This document shows positions 1-10,937 of a stretch of 64,000 nucleotides of DNA, piece by piece. A program made the translations under genes and the position numbers. Within the stretch, counting starts at the first letter, position 1. Every line of letters starts with the position of its first letter. This DNA comes from Cyanidioschyzon merolae (lineage: Eukaryota): assembly GCA_000091205.1 (NCBI GenBank), contig AP006496.2. The stretch is one strand, 5' to 3'. Under the pieces are notes generated by a model. That model saw only the letters and a list, made by a program, of their open reading frames with translations. It was not told where the DNA came from and searched no databases.

Positions 1-600
1 TGTGACTAGTGAACCGACCGTCGATCCAGCATCCTCTGTAGTATTGCAAAGCCGTTTTGTATCCGCACTGCATCCGCACCTGCGGTGTCAGCGCTATTAC
101 GCATGCTTGAAGCAATTACTCTGCGAATGATAGAACGTACAAAATGACCAGTACATCCGAAAGTAAGTTTAAGTTATGGAACTTGAACGTAAGTTTCACT
201 TTGATGAACGCATTTGGGACTACCAATATCCATCCCCGCAATAACGGATCCAGGGTCGATGTACAGGTTTAGCCATCGGAAAAAATATATTGCGTAAGCA
301 GCCTTCATATGTCAGCGCTCTTGTATGCTTCGGATTCCGAACCGGGCTTGCCCGACGTAAGCGCCCGAGGCACGCAGGTGTAAGAAGCCAGCGAGCGAGG
401 AAGTCTGCTGGCTAAAACAGCAGTCGGGCAAACCAGCGAGCCAGTGTACTCCACGAGGGCGAGACACGAGCTCGCCTGCAGCCGCACGTGCTGGGTACTT
501 CAGCGACTCCAAACGAGCCACCGCTCAAACTCTTTTACGTCAAGCAGTTGTGGACGTCCCGTGGTGATGCAGACGAGTTTCTGCCTGAGGCAAAAACGTT

Positions 601-1731
601 TTGGAAATAGGTCAACTTGGCGGTGAACGAGGACCTGGTAGTACTGGCAAGTGGCCCTGTCGACGACACTGTGGAGGCATGTTCACCGGTGGCGAAGCAT
701 TTGCGCCAGCGCCTCATCGTCCCATGTCAAGACTAGGTCGCCAGCGCTGGGCTAGCGCTGCTGGTGAGTCCGACACGCACCAGGCCCAAGCAGCACAGTG
801 TCGCGGCAGGCAGCACTTGGTAGCTCTCGACGGAGCAACCGCCACTGCGGCTGCCGCTACAGAAGGGCACTTTCGTACAGCTGCAACAGTACTGCCCGTT
901 AGGGTGTCGAGCACGATTCCATCGCAACTTTCACGAAAGTCAGCAGCACGAGCAGTCACAGCAGCGACAGTGATGTGTTCGTCACCGTACGAGCACCGGC
1001 ACTCTGCGGAAACGTCCCCCGGATTGCAACGTGTTGCTAGTTCCGCGACGACCGCTGCGACATCGCGAGACCAACCCATTGTATTCTTCTTTGATGTGAT
1101 GGATACTCTTGTTTGTGACCCTTTTTTCAAGGACATGCACCTTCACTTTGGATTTGACAAACGCGAGGACTTTCTCGCCGCAAAGCACCCGGAGACCTGG
1201 ATTCGCTTCGAGCGAGGTGAACTCTCGGTTACCGATCTGGAGCACCTCTTCTTCAGACCGCTGCACACGCTCCCATTGCACTTGGCAAAGCATGCAAGGT
1301 TCAATGCCCGTCGCTTTGAAGCGTATCTTCGCGAGTCTTACAGATTCATGGATGAAGGCATAGAACCGCTGCTCGAGTGGCTTGCATCGCGACAGCCTCC
1401 TGGCACGCTGCATATTCTCTCGAACTACCCCTGCTACTATCGATTCATTGAAGAGAAGTTGGGTCTATCGAGGTACTTATCGTGGACGGCGGTCAGCTGT
1501 GAAACCGGCCTCCGGAAACCTGATCCTCGGGCCTATGCCGAGGCGGCAACGCGGGCTGGCGCGTCAGCTTCACAATGCGTTCTGATCGATGACCAAAAGC
1601 GGAACATTGACGGTGCTCTGGCTGCTGGCTTTGGGGCGGCAATCCTCTATCCCGGCACGAGTTCGGCGTTGCGCTCTCTTCTGGAAGAGTTTCTAGATGG
1701 AAACAACGTCGGCAAGAAGGTGGGCTTTTGA
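601..1731 (+). CDS. HAD-superfamily hydrolase/phosphatase-like protein. The ORF-track start is upstream; the probable ATG is at 973.
   Basis: Motif I 'FFFDVMDTLV' (DxDT) sits near the N-terminus counted from the M at 973. The C-terminal 'CVLIDDQKRNIDGALAAGFGAAIL' resembles HAD motif IV (DD...A.AG). The ORF-track N-terminus (601-972) is low-complexity and probably not coding. Confidence 0.55.
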   Translation: MEIGQLGGERGPGSTGKWPCRRHCGGMFTGGEAFAPAPHRPMSRLGRQRWASAAGESDTHQAQAAQCRGRQHLVALDGATATAAAATEGHFRTAATVLPVRVSSTIPSQLSRKSAARAVTAATVMCSSPYEHRHSAETSPGLQRVASSATTAATSRDQPIVFFFDVMDTLVCDPFFKDMHLHFGFDKREDFLAAKHPETWIRFERGELSVTDLEHLFFRPLHTLPLHLAKHARFNARRFEAYLRESYRFMDEGIEPLLEWLASRQPPGTLHILSNYPCYYRFIEEKLGLSRYLSWTAVSCETGLRKPDPRAYAEAATRAGASASQCVLIDDQKRNIDGALAAGFGAAILYPGTSSALRSLLEEFLDGNNVGKKVGF

Positions 1732-4321
1732 ATGCACTGGATGCGTGTTTTGTAAGGAGATTTTGCATAGAACTCGAGGGTATCGGAGAATGCAGACGCT
1801 TACACCAGCATATGCTCCGAGGCTGCCTCGAACAACGTTCGTAACGACGCGATTCGATCCAATTTAGTACAGTCGAGAGAGCAAGCCTGTCCTGCTCGTG
1901 TCGAGCGAGATCGCCGCGTGGAATAGTACTCAGCGCTGCTCTGGATCCTGCCAGTGGATTGCCCACAACTGCCAGAATACGTATTCGCAAAGCGCAGGGA
2001 TCGAGCGACAGATGACTTTGCGGACACCACTTCTCTTGGTGAGTCGGCGCCAGCGATCGGTAAAACTGGTTCCGTTCATGGACAAGGCGGCACGGATACG
2101 CTCGATTTGCGGTCTGGCAAGGAAACGAAACACGCTGTAGTGTCTACGAAGCCAAGTACGTTCAAGGCAGCAGCTTTGTTCGGCCATAGGTTAGAATCGT
2201 TCCATGAGACATGCAGCATGTAACAGAGACTATGAAGCGTGCAAGTGTATTTCTGGACTGCGTGCACACGCCAGAATCGGCATTGGCCGTCAAAAAAGCA
2301 GGCTGAAAGGTATTCTCTGTGTTTCCAAGGACGCATTCGGACTCGTTCAGTAAATCAACGGGCTTCATCGAGAACGCGGACGCAGGACTGGAGGTCGACG
2401 TGCGTACGGATGCGGCAGCGCTATCCGCAGCATCACTTGAACCAGATCTGGAAGGGGCTTGTTGTGAAGTATACCTCTGTTGCTTCACTTGTTGGTATTC
2501 GAGCCATTCGGATGCTCCGTATTTGCTCCGCATCATCAACACCGTGCTGAACGGCTCCCGTGGCGTGTATGTGTCCATGAAAGCGACGCGAGCTCAGAGT
2601 CTCGAGTGCATGTCGAGATCGCACTGCAAATTCCCGTTAAAAGGATGCGACGCTCACCATCAAATGCAGCTTCCAACGATAAATCTCTGTACACGGGTTT
2701 GTGGTGGCAGGTTGTCCCATTGCCGTCCAGATGGGTGCACACCTTCTGAGCAATATGCAGCAGCGTTTGCATATTTTCAATCGGCAAAACGTTTGCATAG
2801 GCCAGCGTTCTCCGATTGTGCGCTCTTTCTTTTCTTACTTTTTTTCAATGTGCGGTGAAGTATCCATCAAACATCCTACCTCCAAGTTACATCACCTATA
2901 CTTCTTCTCGGATATTCTGGTGGTTTTATAAGTTCTATCACTCACCTAATGCGCGCCCTGCTAGTCCGCAAAGGCTCCTGAACCGCTGGAACGGGTTCAC
3001 CACAGTGACAGAACGGCGTTACCGTACCACAGCGGGCGTCGGCTCGAGGCGTGCTTCACCCGACGTAGAATCGGGTCTCATCGTCAGTTTGTGCTCAGTC
3101 AGTCTGCGGATGCAGGCTTGCCTTCGCTGCACGAAACGCTGGAGGAACTTGGCTGTTAGGATGAATTCTGGGAGTCGTCTGTCTCCTTCGTGATCATGCA
3201 TGGAATGCGTTCTTGGTTGGCAATGCGGGTTTGTGCTTGACACCCACCACAGTGGGTAGGCGCAGAGAGCACTGGGCCCGTGTGCGCATCCGATTCGCTG
3301 GACCTTCCGCTTGGAAGGTAGCATGTGAGTTTGTTCGCCACTGATGAGCGCTGAGGCTCGGTTAATGGACCATCAGTTGCCAGTGCTACACTCAGAGTGA
3401 GTGTCCGGCCTTCGTCTATCACGGTGAAGCCCAGCTGCTGCTGTCCTTCAAGGAGCTCGGTTCGCTCCTGTTTCCAGCGCGGGCACTGTAAGCCTAAATA
3501 TGCCAGCGTCTCCGGAATCTCGTCTCGATAGCAGGGACAGTGTTATTCCCAGTGCGATTCCAGTGTTCCTATACGGCTTAGAGACGGTGCTGCTCGCCAG
3601 AAGCCACCGACGCGTATTGTGGCGAGCCACTAGGTACCTCGAGCTAGTCCCGGGAACTCCAGCGCCTCCCACCAGTACGTGCATGAACAGGCTAGGCTGT
3701 AGTTCCGGTACAGAGTCAAGCCGGCGTTGAGGGCGCGACTGGTTCCGTGGCTACGTTCCCATATTGTTGTTTGGACCGTTCGCTTAAGGCGGCGGGAGCC
3801 TTCTATATTTCTGGGGAACGATTGGGGAGCGTGTTTTCGCCTAGGGGGCGCTTCAGCCAAATCTGCGTTGATTTCAACCAAGTGATCTTGCGGTGCATTG
3901 GGGTTTGCATGGATATGCGACTGAACCAGGTGTGCATGGTGGGCCCTTTGGCCCATATACGTGCCCGGTATCCTGCTGCTATCGCTTCTGTCGAGGATTT
4001 CTGGAGTTCAAGTCCGAGTGCCAGGAGGTATCGCGGTCGATACGCGCACCTCCATATCTGGCGGGCATGAAACACCACGCGCATGTCGCCGTTAAAGGGA
4101 AACGTGATCGCGATCTTTAGCGTGTTGCTCTCAAGTACGAGTTGTATTTGCGTTAAAGTCATAGCAGAGTATACTTTACAGTTCAATTATGTTTCAACCT
4201 TCTTAAACATATCAAGGAACCCCACAGGGAAACGTTGCGAGACGCTATCGAAAAACGTGTCGACTCGTACTCGAAGAGTATTGTCAAGGCGTCGTCAGGA
4301 CTGATGCATTTGGCGAGGTAG

Positions 4322-6450
4322 ATGTATCGCGAAGTGGCGCACATGGAAACGGTCGAGATTCCGGACGAGTTTTTCGACAAGACCTTTATTCGTCAGCTGA
4401 TGCTTGGCACAGGGGAAGCGCGGAGGGAAACTCAGATAGTGCATGCCCTCCACGAAAACTTCGCGGAATTCCGCTTCGAAGGTAATCGATACAAGGGTGA
4501 CTCGACTATTTACATATACGGGGCGGTGAAGTACCTCACGAACCTGAGGAACCATTTGACGATGGACCTCGAACATTTTATGATACGCGCCGTGTTCGCT
4601 CTCGACCCGCGCATCTCTCGCAAAGGTGCATAGGCGATGATCAATGGCATCACGAAAGATCGCAAGCGTGAAGATGAGGTCGAATTTGTCGACAAGAAGG
4701 CGTCAAAAGAGTGCGTGAATGAAGCTTCTGTAATCCGTGCGGCTATCCAAGAGCATCGTGCGGTACTGGGGTTTGTTAATCCAACAGAAAAGATATCAGA
4801 GTTGAAAAAAGACAAGGAAAGATACTATCGCCTCGTCCTGCGGTATTTCGTGTTTCTGGACCGAGAGCTCGAACGCAAAGCGGAGACGAAGCTGAGTGAG
4901 GAGAGAAATAAAGAGTGGGAGAGACGGGCGGCTTCGCTCATGGGAAGCGCTTCTACGTGGTTCCAATGTGCAACATCAAGTCACATTTTGTGACGATCGA
5001 CTCCAGCATCCTCTATGGCATCATGAGACAGATCAGTGGGGAGTTCGATGTTAGCAACGGGAAGTTCATCGGTGAAAATCGGGAGATGCACTAGAAGAAT
5101 ACCTTCGAGTTCAAACTTCTCAAAGCGGGCAAGCAAAAGTTGTTCACTGGGATGATCGAAACCGATGGAGTAGCCTTGTGTGTACACGATCCGCGGTTGA
5201 AGAAAGATCGTTCAGTGCCGTCCTCGGCTACGCCCGTGACGAAGGATGCAGAAAACAAAGCGGCGGATCCTGCGACGCAGCAGGTAGAGGATAACGACCT
5301 TGTCGTTGGTACGGCGAAGCATGAAGATGAGAAGGAGGCGGGTCTTGAGACGCAGAAAGTGCAGGATAACGACTTTGTCGTTGGCGCGGCGAAGCATAAA
5401 GATGAGAAGGAGGCGGGTCTTGAAACGCAGAAAGTGCAGGATAACGACTTTGTCGTTGGCGCGGACCCCGGGAACACGAATATCGTAACCATCGCAGCAT
5501 CCACGCCTGGGGAAGATGATACTGACGGTGACTTACGTCAGAGAGACATGCGACTTTTGAGATTCCCGACAACGAGATGCTATCGAGAATCCGGTATAAC
5601 GAATGCAAGGAAGAGAATCGAGATATGGAATGCAGGAGTGAAAGAGCACTTCGAAGCTTTGAGCGAGGTAACGAGCCGCGGAACGGACTTTCGAGCTTTT
5701 CGGGAATTCCTGCAAGTTCGTGTTGCTCATTGGGATGCGCTGTGGAGGAGTATACAAAGCCTCGGTGGGCTCGTTTGCGAATGAACTTGCACTGTGGGAA
5801 GCAGCGTGCATTCGCGAATTTTTTCAATGAGTTGCGTGCCCTGAAGGAGGATGAAAGTCAGAGGCCCGTAGTAGCGTCTTGGGCAGGGCGATGGAAGACC
5901 CAAACAGGGACTACTCCAGCTCCAACGACGAGGGTATGCAAGGAGTGTGCACGGCGTTTCGTTACAATACCGATAGATGAGTTTCGAGCATCGTATACAC
6001 ACCACGAGCTGGGTTGTACACTTCAGAGGGTCGAGATGGAAACGTGTCAGCGGCGCCCTGAGGATACAAAAAGTACGGACCGCTGACGGAAGAGCAAATG
6101 GAAAGGAGGGCGACAGTTCGTGGACTCCTTGCACTAGCGCTTTCTGCAAACAACGGCAAGAAACGTATCGAATCGTGAACGGAGACTTTAACGCCGCTAT
6201 CAATATAAGGAAATGTGCGGTGATGGAAAGAAGACCTCCAGAGTAGACAAGTGAGAACTTTGGGGACAACCTCTCAGCGTGGGACTATATGAGAAAAAGC
6301 TGGAAGCAGTAGTGAGTGGCCGCCCCCAAAAAACCGGGAGGCACCTGCACGACAGTTGGAGGCTTCTTGTCTAGGGCGGGCTTCGCGCCACTATTGTACA
6401 AGGTCGGCATCGTTTTTGTTTTGAAAGGCGGTGGTGGTGTGGTGTGTGTA
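4322..6450 (+). pseudogene. Near full-length TnpB/Fanzor-like RuvC nuclease pseudogene (family 1, copy A), with an in-frame stop at 4634 and frameshifts.
   Basis: About 640 codons run across consecutive ORFs 4322..4633, 4637..4993, 5140..5784, 5577..6086 and 5977..6246. RuvC-I is 'VVGADPGNTNIV' at ~5458-5475. RuvC-II with its zinc ribbon is 'IPIDEFRASYTHHELGC' at ~5970-6015, continued by 'CTSAFC' in the next frame. RuvC-III is 'NGDFNAAINIRKC' at 6184-6207. A 3' non-coding tail at 6250-6450 is conserved with copies B and C. Composition from 4100 to 5100 is more AT-rich than the flanks. Confidence 0.7.
5282..5460 (+). repeat. Tandem repeat of about 60 bp, 2.5 units, inside Fanzor-like copy A.
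   Basis: The translated units are 'KHEDEKEAGLETQKVQDNDFVVGAA', repeated. The last unit ends in the RuvC-I 'NDFVVGADPGN' box. Confidence 0.8.
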
Positions 6451-6502
6451 CGTCCTTTCTGAACCGCCAATTTTTCGATAAAAGCCCGAACTGCGTGAGA
6501 TT

Positions 6503-6892
6503 GTGACCAGCGCCAATATGGACGTTGCGTCAGGTACGAAAACGGTGCCCGGGGAGAACGTTTCGCAAACCGAGTCTGACAATCTCGTTGTTCTGGAGCG
6601 GCTTGCAGCGAACCTCTTTCTGCGTGTCAACGAGCTTGAAAGAGCGCTGCCGTCGTGCGAGAATGCTGATGGAGAGACGGGCTCAGAAACGCAAGCACTA
6701 TTGCTAGCACGAGTCTCGGAGCTAGAGTCACAGGTTAGATCGCTGACCCACGAAAACGAACGCCTCAAGTATCGGATCCGGCACTTGGTACGCAGTCTAG
6801 AGGCGGTTTTGAGCCCCCGCACCCAGGTCACGAATACTACCATAGCGTCAGCAGCAACGCCGGTGAACGGCAACCCAGCGGCCACTGAGTAA
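6503..6892 (+). CDS. Hypothetical small coiled-coil protein of 129 aa.
   Basis: Heptad-like leucine spacing appears in 'LERLAANLFLRVNELERAL...LLLARVSELESQVRSLTHENERLKYRIRHLVRSLEAVL', and the composition is protein-like. It lies between the 3' tails of two Fanzor-like relics. No homolog was recognised. Confidence 0.3.
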   Translation: MTSANMDVASGTKTVPGENVSQTESDNLVVLERLAANLFLRVNELERALPSCENADGETGSETQALLLARVSELESQVRSLTHENERLKYRIRHLVRSLEAVLSPRTQVTNTTIASAATPVNGNPAATE

Positions 6893-7339
6893 CACCGAGC
6901 TTGAGAAGCGCTACCCCTGGACGTATGCGTCTGGTACAGGGTGCACCGATCGAGTCCTCTGGTCAGGCGACACGGTCGGAGCCGCGTCTGTGCACGCTGC
7001 TCCGAACGAGCGCGCACTTTGGTACGCGCGACCCTTGTGAAGTTATTTGCTGAGCGACGTTGACCTGAACTCGTGTGCAGCGTACAAGCATGGGTACATT
7101 TGCAAGCGGACGCTGGCGCTTGCAGTCGCACAGGGCAGAGCCAGCGCAATGAAAGATGGTGCAGCGCGTTATGTCCGCACCGTTCTGCACTGCGAATGGA
7201 TCGTTCTCCGCCCGTGTCAGCATTAAATGAAACGGACTCACTAATTAGGGCGTACACGCTTAAGTTTGGGTGTCTGCCCGGAGCCATCAGCAACATTCGT
7301 TGCAGGCTTCTCCGGCTTTCAAGACGCTCGACTCTCTGA

Positions 7340-8110
7340 TCTCTCTGGCCTCGTTGCAAGCAGTCGAAGGATGTTGATGGCATCTTTCAACTCCCGACTT
7401 GGTGCTTCCGGCAGTCGTCAACGCATTTGAAACACATGCCAAAAATTGCGATTTATGCCACTAATGTCACTTTCATCTCCATTGTATGCAGCCGCCGTGA
7501 GCTCTTCGCAGCGCTGCCATTGGACGATGGTCCGCTTTTTCCAAATGTCTACGAAGCTTGCCTTTCAGAGGGCCGCTCTGTGGCGCTTGAGCGCTGGCTT
7601 ATGCACGCAGCACGAGTCAGCGACGAGCAAAGAAGGCCCTCTTCGATGCCCTGCGGCCTCTCCGCGTCCGGTGCAGTACCCCAAGATCACGGGCTTCTTC
7701 CAAGCGATCCCCTTGACATGTACTTTGTTCGTCGCGGTCGCAAGCGCACGCTCTTCCATTCGATAGGGGATTCGTGGAATGCGATGATGTTCGTAATGAA
7801 ACACGTACCGGAAGGAGAACCCATGCTCGTGAACAAGTGGAGCGTTTTCGATCCGTCGACGCTCCTCTCATCCGGTTCAATGACACAACTATCGCCCGAA
7901 GCGATTGCTGTGATGACTCGAGTGCAAGCCGAAGATCCTGTTCCATGCAGACAGAAGAGATGAGTGCCTTTGGAAGCATTTCCCAGAACAAATATCGTGC
8001 CTATGTCGAATACAGTTCCGTTAAAGGCCAAAAAAGATGAGGATTGATGTTTCGAACGGAATCGAATATTTGATGGGATACGTTCAGTGCACTTTCGGCA
8101 TGAGCACATG
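7340..8110 (-). mobile_element. TnpB/Fanzor-like relic, family 2 copy 1 (degenerate).
   Basis: The minus-strand ORFs 7687..8109 ('SMGSPSGTCFITNI') and 7565..7804 ('KGIAWKKPVILGYCTGRGEAAG') are homologous to copies at 20.1, 42.1 and 57.2 kb. A RuvC-III-like 'SRELKDAINILRLLATR' box is at ~7349-7399, where the catalytic D is replaced by E. Confidence 0.55.
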
Positions 8111-8600
8111 AAGAACGCATCAAGGGACGATGCCGAACGTTCTTCTTCGTACGTCTAGCGGCGGGAACGGTAGTGCGCCTACCAGTTGCAAAGGAGCCGC
8201 AAAATCGACCACTTGAAGCGCGCAAGATTTGAGCGTGCCACATGAAAGAAAAAGAGAAGCGTCGAAGTTTGCGCGTATGTATTGGTTGATGATGCCCAAT
8301 CGTGTAGGAAAGCTTGTCTCATGGCGTTGCGGATCATCCTGGTGAAGGTAACGTAACGAATACCAGGAACGATGCGTCGAAGGAGCCACTCCGGACAGAC
8401 GACCAAACATCCTAAACCTACGTATGCATCCATTATACCTCATTGCTGTACTTCGAATGTCAAGGCTGCACCTCTAATGAATCGTTCGAACACAAAATCA
8501 AAAGGCAGGAACACACCGATCTGTTCAGTGTTCCGGCTCGATTCGACACCGGCTTGGATGGACGAGCGCGTGATACGCTCGTAACGCCGGGGACTCTCAT

Positions 8601-9012
8601 GGTCTCGGAAGCACGCTTCAGTGTCCCGTCTTCACCGAAGGCGGTTCTTCTGGTGTCACTTGGTATGGTTGCTGTGGTATACGCCTTGCAAGTTTACGAC
8701 GTGCGTAACGAGGAGAAGGTGCGACGCCGGCGAGTAGAGCGACAGGCGGAGGCGTTGCGCAAGTCGCCACAACTTACAGACGAGCAGTTTCGACAACTGC
8801 AACAAGTCCGGCCCTTGTACCCGGGGGACCTTTACGCTTTGCGGGAGGAACGCTGGGAAACCCTGCAGAGACGCATCCGCGAGTGGCTACCGCGCTGGAG
8901 TCCTCGGGAACGGGCGGGCGTTCTCGGGAGCGACGACTCCGTGGCTATGCTTAACACCGAAAGAGAGCGTTTTTCTGTGAAATCCGCAACCGAACGTATT
9001 GATAGCTCCTGA
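8601..9012 (+). CDS. Hypothetical single-pass membrane protein. The track ORF 8443..9012 starts at TTG; the first ATG is at 8601.
   Basis: There is a hydrophobic helix 'AVLLVSLGMVAVVYALQVY' followed by a charged, coiled-coil-like tail. No homolog was recognised. Confidence 0.25.
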
Positions 9013-10937
9013 TATGCCGTTTCAGCGGTAGCGAGCGATCTAAGTCGAACAGGGCGACCTGCTGTCGCTGACCCAGAACGATTCGTATCGGCAAGGCACG
9101 AGAACGTGACTCCCTCCATCTTCTATATTTGGCTCTACAAACATCCACGAGACACGCCGCTGTGTGGCAGTGCTCACAATGAGAAGCGGTGTCCACAGCA
9201 AATTGTACCACGTAGCCGCGGCAAGAGGTCAATCCGGTTACAGAACCTACATCCGCTGGCAATGCACTGGAATGGATGCAATCTTAGTGTCGTAGCGCGA
9301 TAGGGGCGCACGTACGCGCCCCCAGCGATGCGAGCGCAGCATTGCTTAGGCGGAATCCCAGGGGCTCAAACACGCAGCCGGGGCTTGAGTGCAGCCAGTA
9401 CGGTGTCGAGCAATGCCATGATCATGAACCTCGCCTGCGTAGCAAGACTGTTCATGCGTGGCGAAAACCGACCAATCTCCTCGTATGTATCGCTTGATCC
9501 CTAATGGAGCGCGTGTTTTTGTGTGACCGCAGACTGGCGTCGAGTGCGATGCATACGCGCCAACATTTGTGAGATCTGGTATATTGTTGGCGTTGCCTGC
9601 TGCCGGCCTCAATACGAGCGCAACGCTCCCCGGATCCTGGATTTGCATCAGGAACCTGACCAATGACAAGATCCACCTTTTGGCACGCCCCACAACTGTA
9701 CATCGTCGTGTAAACGTGTCCGCATTGCGTTACCAAGCACGAGGCATTCCCCTACATCGCAGGCATCGATGGATGCGCTGCAGCGCAGCGGAAGACGATC
9801 CAACCTTTACGCATCTCGATTCTGAACAGGCCACATCCGAGTGCTCGTGCAGACATGAGGGGCACCGAGGCGTCCCGCCAGGCGTCCCAGCTGGCTGCGA
9901 GTCGACAACCTGCTGCTCGCAGCAGAGCTCGTCCACGAAGTATCGGGAGGTTCCCGAATCCGCAAAGTTTCCCTCATGGTGACGGACTGACCGCAGTCCA
10001 CTGCCCGACGAGTTCAGCTCATCGTCGGACATTGGCACCAGCAGGTGTATTGCAGCGATTCGGAGTCGGCTCCGATGTGCACGTCCACCAGTTCACTTGG
10101 TGTAGGTAGGATCGATGAAGCTATCCAGATTCCCGTGGAGCACGCATACCACTACCAACACGGCCACCACCAGTGACCCTTTCGAAACACTCAACCGTAA
10201 CAAAGCTCCTTTGTGGCAGAATTGCCACCAGCACTAGACCCAGCAGAACACAGACCTGTCGCTCGGCATATGCCATGGGCGACTCTGTTATGCCGCAGGA
10301 TCGCCGCACAGATCATGCAGGCGCACCGCCTGCGCATTAGCGGTGATGCCGCCCCTCCCGTGAACCTGATCCGCGCCCGCCTCTTGACGGCGACATGGCT
10401 CGCGGAGCATGGTTGAACCCCGCCTCGAGCTGGCGCCCGCAAGGGCATAGCGAAACCGTTCTATCTGCGTGCGGTAGCCGCAACGCGACAACAGACACGC
10501 ACCTGACAATGGGCATCCGGGAAACCGCTTCAACGGAACATTACCCCGCGAAGCACGGTCTGGTGTGCTGCAGACAGAACATTATGAGTCTGGAACAGAT
10601 TACGATTGACTTTTGCTTGATGCCGATGACAATGGCTCATCCTGAGGAATCCTGCTTAAATGCATCAATCCTACACCATGAAAAGTCGTGCACGCACGAC
10701 ACCGGATGCGATGCGTGCCGCAGATCGCCTCCAGAAGGCCGTCACCGCATACTCGCCGTGCGTGCATCTCGCACCGCCGCCGGCGCATGCGTGACGGCTA
10801 CACGTGTATTTTCTCCTCAACGATCTCACGCATAACGCGGGGTTGTCCATTAAGAGGCTCGCTGCGGAGGCGCCTACCCCAACGACACAGGAGCGTCCAA
10901 GGCCAACGCCTGCCGTTCCTTGTTAGAAAAGGCAACT

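Noticed and set aside
6391-7383. A 330-aa minus-strand ORF.
   Set aside because: It has S/R/T-rich low-complexity composition. It is antisense to the protein-like coiled-coil ORF 6503..6892 and reads through the 3' tail of Fanzor-like copy 1. Long spurious ORFs are expected at this GC content.
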